Assembly (NCBI RefSeq): GCF_009914755.1
Contig: NC_060947.1
Source: the human T2T-CHM13v2.0 reference genome, Homo sapiens
DNA: 64,000 bases
Reading direction: 5' to 3' (one strand)
Shown here: one piece after another, positions 1 through 11,619 of the stretch
Numbering within the stretch: the first letter of the stretch is position 1
Layout of the letters: every line of letters begins with the position of its first letter
Made by a program: the position numbers and the translations under genes
Notes under the pieces: generated by a model
What the model was told of the DNA's origin: nothing
Database searches by the model: none
What the model saw: only the letters and a program-made list of their open reading frames with translations

Positions 1-329
1 TGCCTCAGACTGGAGTAGTATAAAATGATCTGTGAGAGACATTCTGGTAATTGGTAGTCTCTGATACTTAGATGATGTAACTAGCAGTATGGAGGAGCTG
101 AGTAATTGAGTAAAAGAGCTGACTATATTCGTCACTGTAAGCTATATTTTACTGCAATGAGAAACACACTCAAAATTTTAGTGTCTTACAATAGCAGATT
201 CATTTCTCACCCACTTTCCAAACCTTCTGTTGGCAAGTTTTGGCTCTACTCTATGGCTTATTTTATTCAGTCTCACGTTGAAAGAGCAACCCTTATCTGA
301 GGTATGAACAGATTTTTTCACGACAAAAA

Positions 330-548
330 GAACAATGGTACGAATGCACCTCACCTCTTAACACTTCTACTTGGATGGGACATATGTCCCTTCCACTCAC
401 ATGCCATTAGCCTAAAGTCACATGAATTAGTCTGACAGGAATATGGTAGGGATGATACTCTTTCCATTAGTATATGCCCCAGGGAAATAAACAAGGACTT
501 GGTAGAGTGGGCAGAAAATATTTTGAACAAATAATACAAACTACCACA
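330..548 (-). mobile_element. Old MaLR LTR fragment (MLT1J/K-like)
   Basis: Resembles the MLT1 terminal motifs 'cttccactcacatgccattagcctaaagtcacatg' and 'aatattttgaacaaataatacaaactaccaca'; highly diverged. Confidence 0.5.
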
Positions 549-1660
549 GTGACATACAACAATTTCACCAAGGATTGATTTTGTTATATGTGATATGCTT
601 TTGTAATGTAAGCCCTTTTTCTAAATATCTCTCTTTAGAGTATCAGTGATTCTACCTTCAAGTGAATTAATTTGAGTTCCTCTGAAACATCAATGGCACA
701 GAAGAAATTACAATTTTAACTGAGGCAAGAAGGTTAGAGAAAGCTGTTAGCTTCCAGTTTCAACCCCAGATTCAACAGAATAAGAATGTTTTAAAAACAC
801 TGTGAAGCAAATTTATTGCCCTGAGCTATCACAAGTCTTAGATAATTAGATTTTTAATTTTCCAAACAGCATTGTTATTGATTAACAACTTCAAGCCCCT
901 TTTTTTCTGGTTTAAACTAGGTTTTATACCACAATTTTTGTTTTATTCAATCTTGGTCTTTGTCCTGTGGCGGGCTGGCTCTTTATTTAGTTCTGCCTGT
1001 TTAGCACTTGATTTTCTTTCTGTTTTGTCGCTAATACTCTTTACTCAAACATATTTCTAGTACAGCTTTATAGTCAACATTGCCTAGAATCAACACATGC
1101 TTTCAACTTAGGTTACCCAACTCCTACTTTATTCTGATTGAATAATCTACTTACCTCTAGTCATCAACGAAACCCCTTAATTTCTCAGCTACCAGTTTAG
1201 TCACTAGGTGGTGCTATGCCTTTATTGCTGGCCTAGGTTTAATTCTTTGGAATCATGTCACTGATTCTGCCACATTGGATGATTCTGGAAAATACAGTCT
1301 ACCAGGAGAAGGAGGAAGGCTTGGAAACCAGGGAGTAGTTGGGAATAATGTGAAGATGTAGAAAAAAAATTGTGTTATTTATACAACAAGACCCTGGGAG
1401 AGGCTATGGTTGAGGGAATCCACTGTAAATGTTGAAGTGTCATTTTTGGAAAGAATAAAGGAAAACTGTGAAAGAGGAAGAAATTAGAAAGGAATGAGTG
1501 CTCTTGACGCAAATGTATCATGTGTAGTATAATAGTTGAAGGAGTTCATTCATAATGGCCTCACTTTTATCTGTGAATAAGGCTGAGAGTGAGAGGTTGA
1601 TGGAGAACAAAAAACTTAGCTAAATGAACATTATTTGGAATATCCATTTCAAGACTTAAG

Positions 1661-1754
1661 AAGCTATTTAAAATAAAATAGATAGATAGATAGAATACAG
1701 AGCATTTAAAGCTGTTTAAAATAAGATATATATATATATGGAATATAGAGCACT
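1661..1754. repeat. ~48-bp tandem duplication
   Basis: aagctatttaaaataa...gaatacagagcatt (1661-1708) is repeated as aagctgtttaaaataa...gaatatagagcact (1709-1754). Confidence 0.8.
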
Positions 1755-3116
1755 AACCGGGGATTAACTGATATTTCAAGATCAAGAAATAAATCACAGA
1801 AATCAGAAAGGATATATCATCAATGCATACAATACTTTTCTGTAGAATGAAACCTAACATGTAGCTATGGGTTTATTTGGGGTATTTTAAGTTTACCTAA
1901 TGTTAATATTATAATGTTTCTTGGTTTAACCATTTATTTTTAAACACTGGTAGTGCAAGGAAATAGAAATATAAAAGCTATGTCTTTAGCATTTTTACAT
2001 CCCAAATCGAAAGAGAATCAATATAATCCACATTTAAATGAGTGGAAAGGGTACAACTTCACAAATATAAACTGGATTTGACAGTGAATGCCAGTGATAT
2101 ATTATTTCCTGTGGAGGATATTACAAAGTAATACTGTAGTGGTCTAAACGTGTGTTACTTTGTAACGCACTGTACTGGCTTCATTTATCTGTGTAATGAA
2201 TAGAAAATCTACTTAAGCCACAGTGCCAAGATATGCTGTTTCTTTTATCTCAAATGCATTTTTTTATATAGCCTTCGTGATAATGTGGACAAACGTATTA
2301 TAAACAAAAAGAATGTCTTTTATCCCAGAAAACACTTAGTCCATGCAGTGAAGCTACTAGCTGAGGTTTCTGTTTAGTTTTAAGAAGTTGAATATTTAAA
2401 ATTCATGTCAACAATGAGGCAGTTAGACAAGTGATTTATAATCCCAGTAAGTAAATCCATACCCAGTGTAGTTTTATATGAAATATGAAAATGTAGAGGA
2501 ATATGGAAAATTGTTTGATATATTACGTTCATAAGTAAGGTACTTCAGTGCGATGGCAAATTTTGTAATAAACTTTGGTCTTCTCGGATTTATGATGCAA
2601 AATCTTTTGTTTGAAATTTAGTTTTATTTTCAAATATCTATTATCCTCTTAGAATTTATTGGGATATTATTTTCTAAAAGGTGCTTGAAATCAAAGTAAA
2701 AATATAATAAGATAATGGGTCTAAAAACTGGGAATATAAAAATATAAAGATGTGCTAATTTAGATCATCGATTGGGAGAGAGCGGTGAGGGAATAAGCAC
2801 TGTTAAAGTATTAATGTCAGCATAATATCTGATTCTTATACAATGTATCATGTTTATTCATGTCTTGTCAGATGCATTATGTGATTCAACGACTTGTGTG
2901 CATCAAGATTATATGACATCAAATAATAAAGCAGAAGGAGATGACCAATTGCATATTATATTCAGCACTATATATGCTTTCTTTTCAACATCGGGGCACC
3001 TCATAATCCAAAAGATGGACAGGGCATAAAATTCTAAAAGCAAGCAAATGCCCAGGAAGAAATTAGAACCTATAGATTTTTGCTGAAACTGATAAAATTT
3101 TTATTTAATTAGTGCT

Positions 3117-3332
3117 TGATATGGTTTGGCTGTGTCCCGACCCAAATCTCAACTTGAATTGTGTGCTTCTTCCTCATTTTCTCCTGCTTCCACCTACGTA
3201 AAAAGTACCTTTCGCCTCCCGGCATGATTCTGAGGCCTCCCTAGCCATGTGGAACTGTAAGTCCAATTAAAGCTCTTTTTCTTCCCAGTCTCCAGTATGT
3301 CTTTATCAGCAGCATGAAAACGGACTAATACA
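3117..3332 (+). mobile_element. THE1A-like MaLR solo LTR with internal deletion
   Basis: Begins tgatatggtttggctgtgtcc and ends atgaaaacggactaataca; perfect 5-bp TSD GTGCT (3112-3116 / 3333-3337); only 216 bp long. Confidence 0.92.
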
Positions 3333-3832
3333 GTGCTGTTTCAAACTACCTTGGTTACATGCATAAATACAGTTAAAAAAAGTTCTATATTTAAAAGCCT
3401 GTCCTTTATGTTCAGAGAAAAAAATAATATGCTCGTAAACACATCTAGTCATGGGGCTAGATCTACACTGCAAATTTTACTTTTACATACTTGGCTTTGA
3501 TTGATGACCCTAGAATTTCATCCTATTTAAACACACATGCACTCACACATTCAACTCAAATCTTGGGTATGAATTGATTAGTCATTGACTTTGCTCAGTA
3601 AATAGGTACTTATGCATTGCTTCAGCTTTTCAGCTAAGATCTAGTGTAGAAAATAAGGTAATTACAAAGCACTAGGTCACAACTACCAGATTACTGATAT
3701 TAGCATTTTGTGAGTCAAGGAGAATAATATAAATATTTTAAGTTTATATATTTATAAAATGGAAAAAATATCTACTTCCTGTAAAAGTCACAAGTAAAGG
3801 GGACAGATAATAACACATATATGAAATATATT

Positions 3833-4189
<357 letters not shown>

Positions 4190-4559
4190 TCAGTAAATTA
4201 TAAGAATAATAACAATTTTATAGGTGGGCACCCTTTAAGTGGAAATGTACTCTTGAAAAGTGATTTAAAAGTTTTTCAAATATCTTTAGGGTACTATTGG
4301 AAATAAAGGGGTAAAAGGGGATTGGAGAGATGAAAATATTTTGAAAGTGGAACACCTTGGAATGTAAAATCTTCCTCTTTTACATAAAGCTTTAAAAATT
4401 GTTTCTACAATTTCTATTAAAGTATGGGTCTTTCATGATGTTAAATTAACATTGGGAAAAGGGCTTTGTTCAAAAGGGAAAAATAATAACAAGGCCGGGG
4501 TAGTCAAAGGTTCATAGTTTTCTAATTAGATTATATTATAATAAATAACACACCAATCA

Positions 4560-5095
4560 TGCTTTTGCCTTACAACCTTTACACTCACTCATTCCACTGC
4601 TAAAAAATTATCTTCTCTGATATTTATATGATGCATTCCCTCATTTTATTCATGTCTCTGCTCAATGTCCCCCATTTTCTTATTGGAGTTTTACAGTGTT
4701 AGTTCATCTATTTAGTTCTTTAATTCATTTTAAGTGAATTTTTGTATATGGTGTAAGACACGTGTTCAACTTCATTCTTTTAGATGTGGATATCCAGTTT
4801 TCCAAGCATCATTTGTTACAGATGATGATAGGTAGATAAATAGATAGACAGAAAGATATTTATACACACACACACATATACGCATAGATACAAAGATATT
4901 TATACACACATATATGCATATATATGCACACATATATAATAAGTAATATACCTACACTTCTCTATTCTTTACATACAAATATCTACCTGTTTTACATTTC
5001 TCCGTTGTATTTATTACTATCCAACAAAATAAATGTTTTGGTGTTTCTTGTTTGACCCAACCCAACAAGAATGTAAGCTCTAAGAGAACAAGAAA
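4560..5095 (+). mobile_element. L2 (LINE2) 3' fragments, interrupted by an L1 fragment and low-complexity DNA
   Basis: L2-like motifs 'ttcatgtctctgctcaatgtc' (~4650) and 'agaatgtaagctctaagagaacaag' (~5070). Confidence 0.55.
4700..4818 (-). mobile_element. Short L1 ORF2 fragment
   Basis: Antisense L1 sequence 'tttttgtatatggtgtaaga...tggatatccagttttccaagcatcatttgtt'. Confidence 0.75.
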
Positions 5096-5199
5096 ATATG
5101 TGTATGCATAATAACCAATGTGTATCATATCTATATTTCAGGCTCTATCTAGCTGTCTATATAGCTATCTATAATCATCTAACATCTCTCACTCTCTCT

Positions 5200-7005
5200 G
5201 TTCCTATTAATATCTTTGTCTCTATTTCAGTAGTACAATATTAATTTTAGATTCATCTTGCTTATTGTAACTTTTTTCTCTGGCTCTCATGATCTACAAT
5301 ATATGTTCAATTTGCTTATCACTAGTAATGTTGTAAAAAGTTCCACAATCTGTCAGTGGTATTCCTTTGGGAAAAGAAATAGACAACTAAAGTACATCAT
5401 GTTTACAGGTCCTTTTGTCTTTATTTAGCCTTTACAGTATTCAATCAAACAGAAGGGTCCATTTTTCTCCCCAAATTTCTTTCTTCAATTCTTCGTAGTT
5501 AGCTGCTCCTCCAACCACAAACAATGGTTACCACCGATCTGTGCTCCATAACTACAGTTTTAATTTTTTGAAAATGTCATACAAGTAAAATCATGTGATA
5601 TGCAGTCTTTTGATTGGCTTCTGTATTAGTCCGTTTTCACACTGCTATAAAGAACTTTCCTGAGACTGGGTAGCTTATAAAGGAAAGAGGTTTAATTGAC
5701 TCATAGTTCCATATGGCTGGGGAGGCCTCAGGAAACTTACAATCATGGTGGAAGGCAAAGGAAAAACAGGTACATTTTTCACAAGGTGGCAGGAGAGACA
5801 GAGAAGGAGAAACTGCCAAACACTTGTAAAACCATCAGATCTCATGAGAACTCAGTATCACAAGAACAGCATGGGGGAAACCTCCTGCCAGTTCCCTACC
5901 TCAACACCTGGGGATTACAATTCAAGATGAGATTTGTTTGAGGACACAAAGCCGAAGTATATCAGCTTCTTTCACTAAGCAAAGAGCATTTTAAAGTCAC
6001 TGATCTTGTCGCATGTATCAATAGTTCATTCTTGATTATTGTTTGAGTAGTATTGCATTGCATGGGTGTCTGACAATTTGGACATGTGTTTAGAGTTTGA
6101 AGGACATTTGACTTGTTTACAGTTTTTGGCAAATATAAGTAAACCTGATATAAACAAATATATTTGATTTTGTGTAATCAAATGTTTCATTTCTGTTGGG
6201 TAAATACTAAAGAGTGTGATGGACGGGCCATATGACAAGTGTATGATTACCTTGAAAAAAAACTGAAAAACTACTTTTCAAGATGGTTGTACCTAGAGTC
6301 TTTGTGATAGACCTTTTGGGGATATTCTATATAAGCAATTATGCCATCTGCAAATATGGACAATTTTTTTCTGTCCATTTTGCATGTTTTTCCTTCCTTT
6401 TCTTACTTTATTGCATTGCAAGTCCTATTAATATGATGTTGACTAGCAGTGGGAAGACTGAACATCCTTACCTTGTTCACAACACTACATGGAAACCAGA
6501 TTTTCAACATTAAATATGATGTCACCTATCAGTATTTTTTTGTGCCACTTAGGTTAATCAATTTCCCTCTGTTCCTTGTTTGAAAAGATTTTTGTTAGGT
6601 TAGGAAAGTATTTTGGATTTTGTCAAATGCTTTTTTCCCTTTGCATCTTCTGAAATAATCATATTATTCTTTTTTAGGCTGTTGAGATTGTGATTGACAT
6701 TGATTGACTTTAAGTACCGAACCAACTTTACATTTTCATGATTTATTATCTTTTTTGCATATTGCTAGATTTACATTTCTAATATTAAGTTTAAGATGTT
6801 TCCTTCTATGTTTTTATGATGGATATGAGTGGGTATGTTTTTTCTTTTCTTGTAGTATCTATGCTTGCTTTGCTACCAAGATAATGCTGATCTCAAAAAA
6901 TGAGTAGGAAAGTAGTGCTTCCTCTTATATTGTCTGGAAAGAATCATGTAGAGTTGATATTTTTTCCTTAAATATTTGGTAGAATTCAACTAGGCCCAGA
7001 GTTTT
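5200..7005 (-). mobile_element. Old L1M (L1MC/MD-like) 3' UTR and ORF2 remnant, split by THE1D
   Basis: Antisense L1 phrases such as 'gccatctgcaaat' and 'ttttttccttaaatatttggtagaattca'; the sequence is continuous across the THE1D TSD. Confidence 0.7.
5622..5964 (-). mobile_element. THE1D-like MaLR solo LTR
   Basis: tgtattagtccgttttcacactgctataaaga...tatatca; perfect TSD GCTTC (5617-5621 / 5965-5969). Confidence 0.92.
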
Positions 7006-7012
7006 CTTTCTT

Positions 7013-7496
7013 TTTTAATTATAATATTAATTTTTGTGGGTACATAGTAGGTTTATATACTTATGGTGTACATGAGATGTTTTAATACAGACATGCAATG
7101 CACAGTCATATTATGTAAAATGGGGCATCCATATCCTCAAGCATTCATCATTTGTATTAAAAACAATCCAATTATAATATTTTAGTTATTTTAAAATATA
7201 CAATTAATTTATTTTGACTGTAGTCACTCTGTTGTGCTATCAAATACAAGGTCTAATTCATTTTTTCTAACTATTTTTTGTACCCATTAAGCATTCCCAT
7301 TCTATTACCAACCCCAATTCTCCTTCCCAGCCTCTGATACCCATCCTTCTACTCCCTATCTCCATATGTTCAATTGTTTTCATTTTTAGCTCCCACAAAT
7401 AAGTGAGAACATGTGATGTTTGTCTTTCTGTGTCTAATTTATTTCACTTAACATAATGACCTCCAATTCCATCCATGTTGTTGAAAATGATAAGAT
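7013..7496 (-). mobile_element. L1MA1-3-type element, 3' UTR part (continues at 15724)
   Basis: T-rich tail followed by 'tttttgtgggtacatagtaggt...tttagctcccacaaataagtgagaacatg'. Confidence 0.85.
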
Positions 7497-10400
7497 TTTG
7501 GAGATGGGGATGTTTGGTGAAGATCGTCTACTAGAAGCAGCTAGGGTGTGCCTCTCTCATGGAGAGGAAAGGGAGGGGTGAGTAAATACAGCAGCTTCAA
7601 CTAAAACATCCAGATACACACATTGGGACTAATCAAGGAAACAATTAAACCCGTTGAAAACGGAGAAAAGCAAGGCAGGAAGGAAGCTGCCCACTTGGGA
7701 GCAACACAGAGCCAGGGGAACCTCCCCATTCCAGGGAAGCAGTAAGTGAGTGAGCAACCTGGGAACCCACACTTCTCTCGCAGATCTTTGCAACCTTCAG
7801 GTCAGGATATCTCCTCATAATCCACTCTACCAGGGCCTTCAGTCTGACATGGAGAGCTACATGGAGTCTTGGCAGAGCAGCCATTCAGGCATAGGCAGAA
7901 CCCGGTGGGGCTCAGATACCCAGACTTTCTGGCAAAAGCAGCGGCAACTTCAGCAAAACGAGAAGTTAAAGCCCTGTACATACCCCTAAAAAATAAGATA
8001 AATCCAGGGAGCTAAACAGCAGTGATCTGAAAACTCCACTTCCATGGCACCTTGCAGGATAAATCCACTGGCTTAGAATTCCAGACAGCCACCATTAGCA
8101 GTGTTACACCTCTCTGAAAAAAAAACTCTCAGGGGAAGGGGCAGGCCACCATCTTTGCTGTTTCACATCCTTAGTTATTGTTGCCTTAGGACTCTAGAAA
8201 TTTGGAGGCAACCAGGGACTGGAGAGGACGCCAAGCACAGCCCAGCAGTTCTATGAAGAAGTGGTTAGACTGCTTATTTATGGAGATCCATAATCTTGTT
8301 TTCCTGCACAGGGCAGCATCTCCTGACCAGGGTCTCCAGTCACCTCGCCAGTGTTTTCTGGCCAGCAGTAGTACCAAACCTCCCTGGGATGAAGCTCTCA
8401 GAGGCAGGGGTGGGCCACCATCTTTGCTCTTTAGCCATTCTTTCCTTTGGGCTTTAGAGAGTCAAAGTGACTGGGGCTGGAGCGGATCCCAAGCACAGCA
8501 GAGCTGCTCTACAAAAAAAAGCAGCCAGACTTTTTAAATGGGTCCCTGATTCCCATTTCTCTTCCCAGGGTGGGTTCTCCTGACTAGGGTTTCCTGCCAC
8601 ATATGTAGGTGCATTCCTGCCAGTAACAGGTTTATGCCTCCCTGAGACTGAGCTTCCAGAGGGAGGGGTAAGCCACCATCTTTACTGTTTTTCAGCCTTC
8701 ACTGTTGATATTTTCGGGTACTAGAAAATCCAAGGTAACTAGAGACTGGAGAGGACCCCCAGGATACCACAGCAGCCCTGTGGAAAATTAACCAGACTGT
8801 TATGTGGTGCCTGTTCCCATATCTCCTCACCAGGCATGTGTATCCTCCAGGTCTGGGCCTCCAACCACCCCCTACTGGGGCTATGGAGCCAATAACAGCT
8901 CTGCAACTCCCTGGACAGAGCTCCCAGTGGGAGGTGTGAGTTGCTATCTTTGTTGCTTTGCATCCCTTTCTGTTGCTATCTCCAGGCTCTGGAGCGTCTG
9001 GAGGGAGCAGGGGCTAGTTCAGACCCCAGCACAGTGTAACCATCTCACATGAAAGTGGACAGACTGTTCTCCACGCAGATTCTGGTCCTTACTTCTCACT
9101 GGACAGGGCTGCCCAACGTGGGACTCCAGCACAACCACCCTGCCACCACCTGTTCACTACAATCAGAGGCATCTCAGAATTTCTCAGAGGAGAAAATCCC
9201 AGAGTAAACCCACAACCCCTCTGCCACTATAGTCGCAGTGGTACAGCCCTAACAGCCCTTGGGCTGGGGAAGGAATAAAGGCTCTAGTCATTATGCTGGC
9301 ACCTCCAGCATACCATAGCCACTATCTGGAGAGGAGTCTAGCACCCTTTCCCTGGAAACCCCTATCCCCCACTATTCACCAGGCAGGGCCTCCAGCCCAT
9401 GACTGCAGGACATGCTCCCACCCATGGCTGAACATACCCACATGTAGTGGCCCAGAGTTTTCCTGGGGAGAGGCTACCAGAGGCATATGACAGCCCCTCT
9501 GCCACTGCCACAACAACAGTTCTATCCCAGCTGCCCATTGTCTGGGAAAGAAACAAAGAGCCTGAAGGTTACACCCAACCTTACAACATGTCACAGTTAC
9601 CATATGAAGAGGAGACCAATCTCTCCTCCCTGTGAGATTTCAACCCCCTGCTCCACAATAAGCAGAAAACCAAGCTTTTGCCAGCACTGCAGCTACCCCA
9701 CCCCACTGGCTGAGCACTCCCGGTAACAGTGGCTCTGTGTTTCTCAGAGGTGGAGCATCCAGGGGTAAACAAAGCCTCTCTGCTGCTGTCTCTGCAATGG
9801 AACTGTCTTTGATATCCTCAGACTAACAAAGGAGGAAAGACACTAAGTGCCTTATCCACACCTCCAACAAGCTGCAGTTGACCCAAGGAGAGGAGACCAG
9901 TCTGGTCCTACCAGTCTCCAGTCTCATGATCCTACCCCATCCCCACTGACTCTGCTTGTCACCACGTAGGAAATCCCTGGCTTGGGTCCACAACACAGAC
10001 CCTCCATCCTGGACTGACAGCACGGAGCAATTGCTGACCTGCATCTCTCTGGGGTGGAGCCCCCAGGAGATAAACAAAAGACCCTTGGCCACAACCAATA
10101 CAAAGATTCCTTCTTCTGCGGCCTTCACGCTGGGGAGGGAACGTAAATCCTGAGATTTCCCCGGAGCTGTTGTGGGCAGGCTGGAAGTTCTAAGCAATGA
10201 TTTACTGCCAGCATTTAAGTGCGAGAGGAGTGCACACTTTCATAGCATCGAGAGGGAACATGGCTGCAACAGTGAGGAAATACAAGGGAGCCACAGGAAT
10301 GAGCAAGAGCCCACCAACTGACCACTGTAGTAAGCATCATTTACTGGATACCATCCTAAAGCTTCAAGACCAAAAGTACTTCACAAACATAGCCCCCTGT

Positions 10401-10532
10401 GAAACAAAACACATTAAGTCAGCTACAAAAAAGGACCTGCCCAAAGCTTTGGCCCTGTGAAAACATCCAAAAAGGAAGTCTATTGATTGTATTCAATGCA
10501 CACTGCAATTAAAGGAAAACCCATAAAGAGAG

Positions 10533-11530
10533 ATGAGAAAGAACCAACACAAGAACTTCAGTAACTCAAATGGTCAGAGTGTCTTATGTCCTCCAAACGG
10601 TCTCACTAGTTTTCCAACAAAGGTTCTTAACTAGGCTGAGTTGGCTGAATGACAGAAATATAATTCAGAATATGGACAGGAATTAAGATTATTAAGATTC
10701 AGAAGAATGGCATAACCCAATTCAGGGAAACTAAGAATCACAAAATCATGATAAAATGAAACAGGAGCTGAAAGACAAAATAGGCAGAAAAAAGAAAAAC
10801 AAAACAAATACATCTGATAGAGATGAAAAACACACTACAAGAATTTCACAATGCAATCACAAGTTTTAACAGCAGAATAGATCAAACTGAGGAAAGAATC
10901 TCAGAAATTGACAACTGGCTCTCTGAAATAAGACAGTCAGACAATCACAAAGAAACAAGAATGAAAATGAATGAACAAAACCTTCAAGAAATATGGGATT
11001 ATGAAGAGGCCAAATGTATGAACGACTGGCATCACTGAAAGGATGGAGAGAAAGAAAACAACTTGGAAAACGTATTTCAGGATATTGTCTATAAAAACTT
11101 CTGCAACCTTGCTAGAAAGGCCATAAGTCAAACTCAGAAAATATGGAAAACTGCAAGATTCTACACAAGAAAATCATCATCAAGACACATAGTCATCAGA
11201 TATTTCAAGGTAGACATGAAAGAAATAATGTTAAAGGCAGCTAGAAAGAAAAGACATTTCACCCGCAATGGGAATGTCTTCAGGCTAACAGTGGGACTCT
11301 CAGCAGAAACTCTACAAGCCAGAAAAGATTGGGAACTTATATTCGACATTCTTAAAGAAATAAAATCTTCAACTCATAATTTCAAATGCAGCTAAACTAA
11401 GCTTCCGAAGTGAAGGAGAAATAAGGTCCTTTTCAGATAAACAAATGTTGAGGGAATTTATTACACCAGACCTGCCTTACAAGAGATCTTTAAAGTAGCA
11501 ATATACACAAAAATGGTTGACCATGACCAG
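10533..11530 (+). pseudogene. L1 ORF1p remnant (stops and frameshifts)
   Basis: ATG at 10533 (MRKNQHKN..); ORF-track fragments MKNTLQEFHNAITSFNSRIDQTEERISE and RLTVGLSAETLQARKDW. Confidence 0.88.
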
Positions 11531-11619
11531 CCAACCCAAACACACACTTAAATACACAGACCAGTGACACTATAAAGTAACAACACAAACAAATGGCATA
11601 ATTATCAGCTAACAACAGA

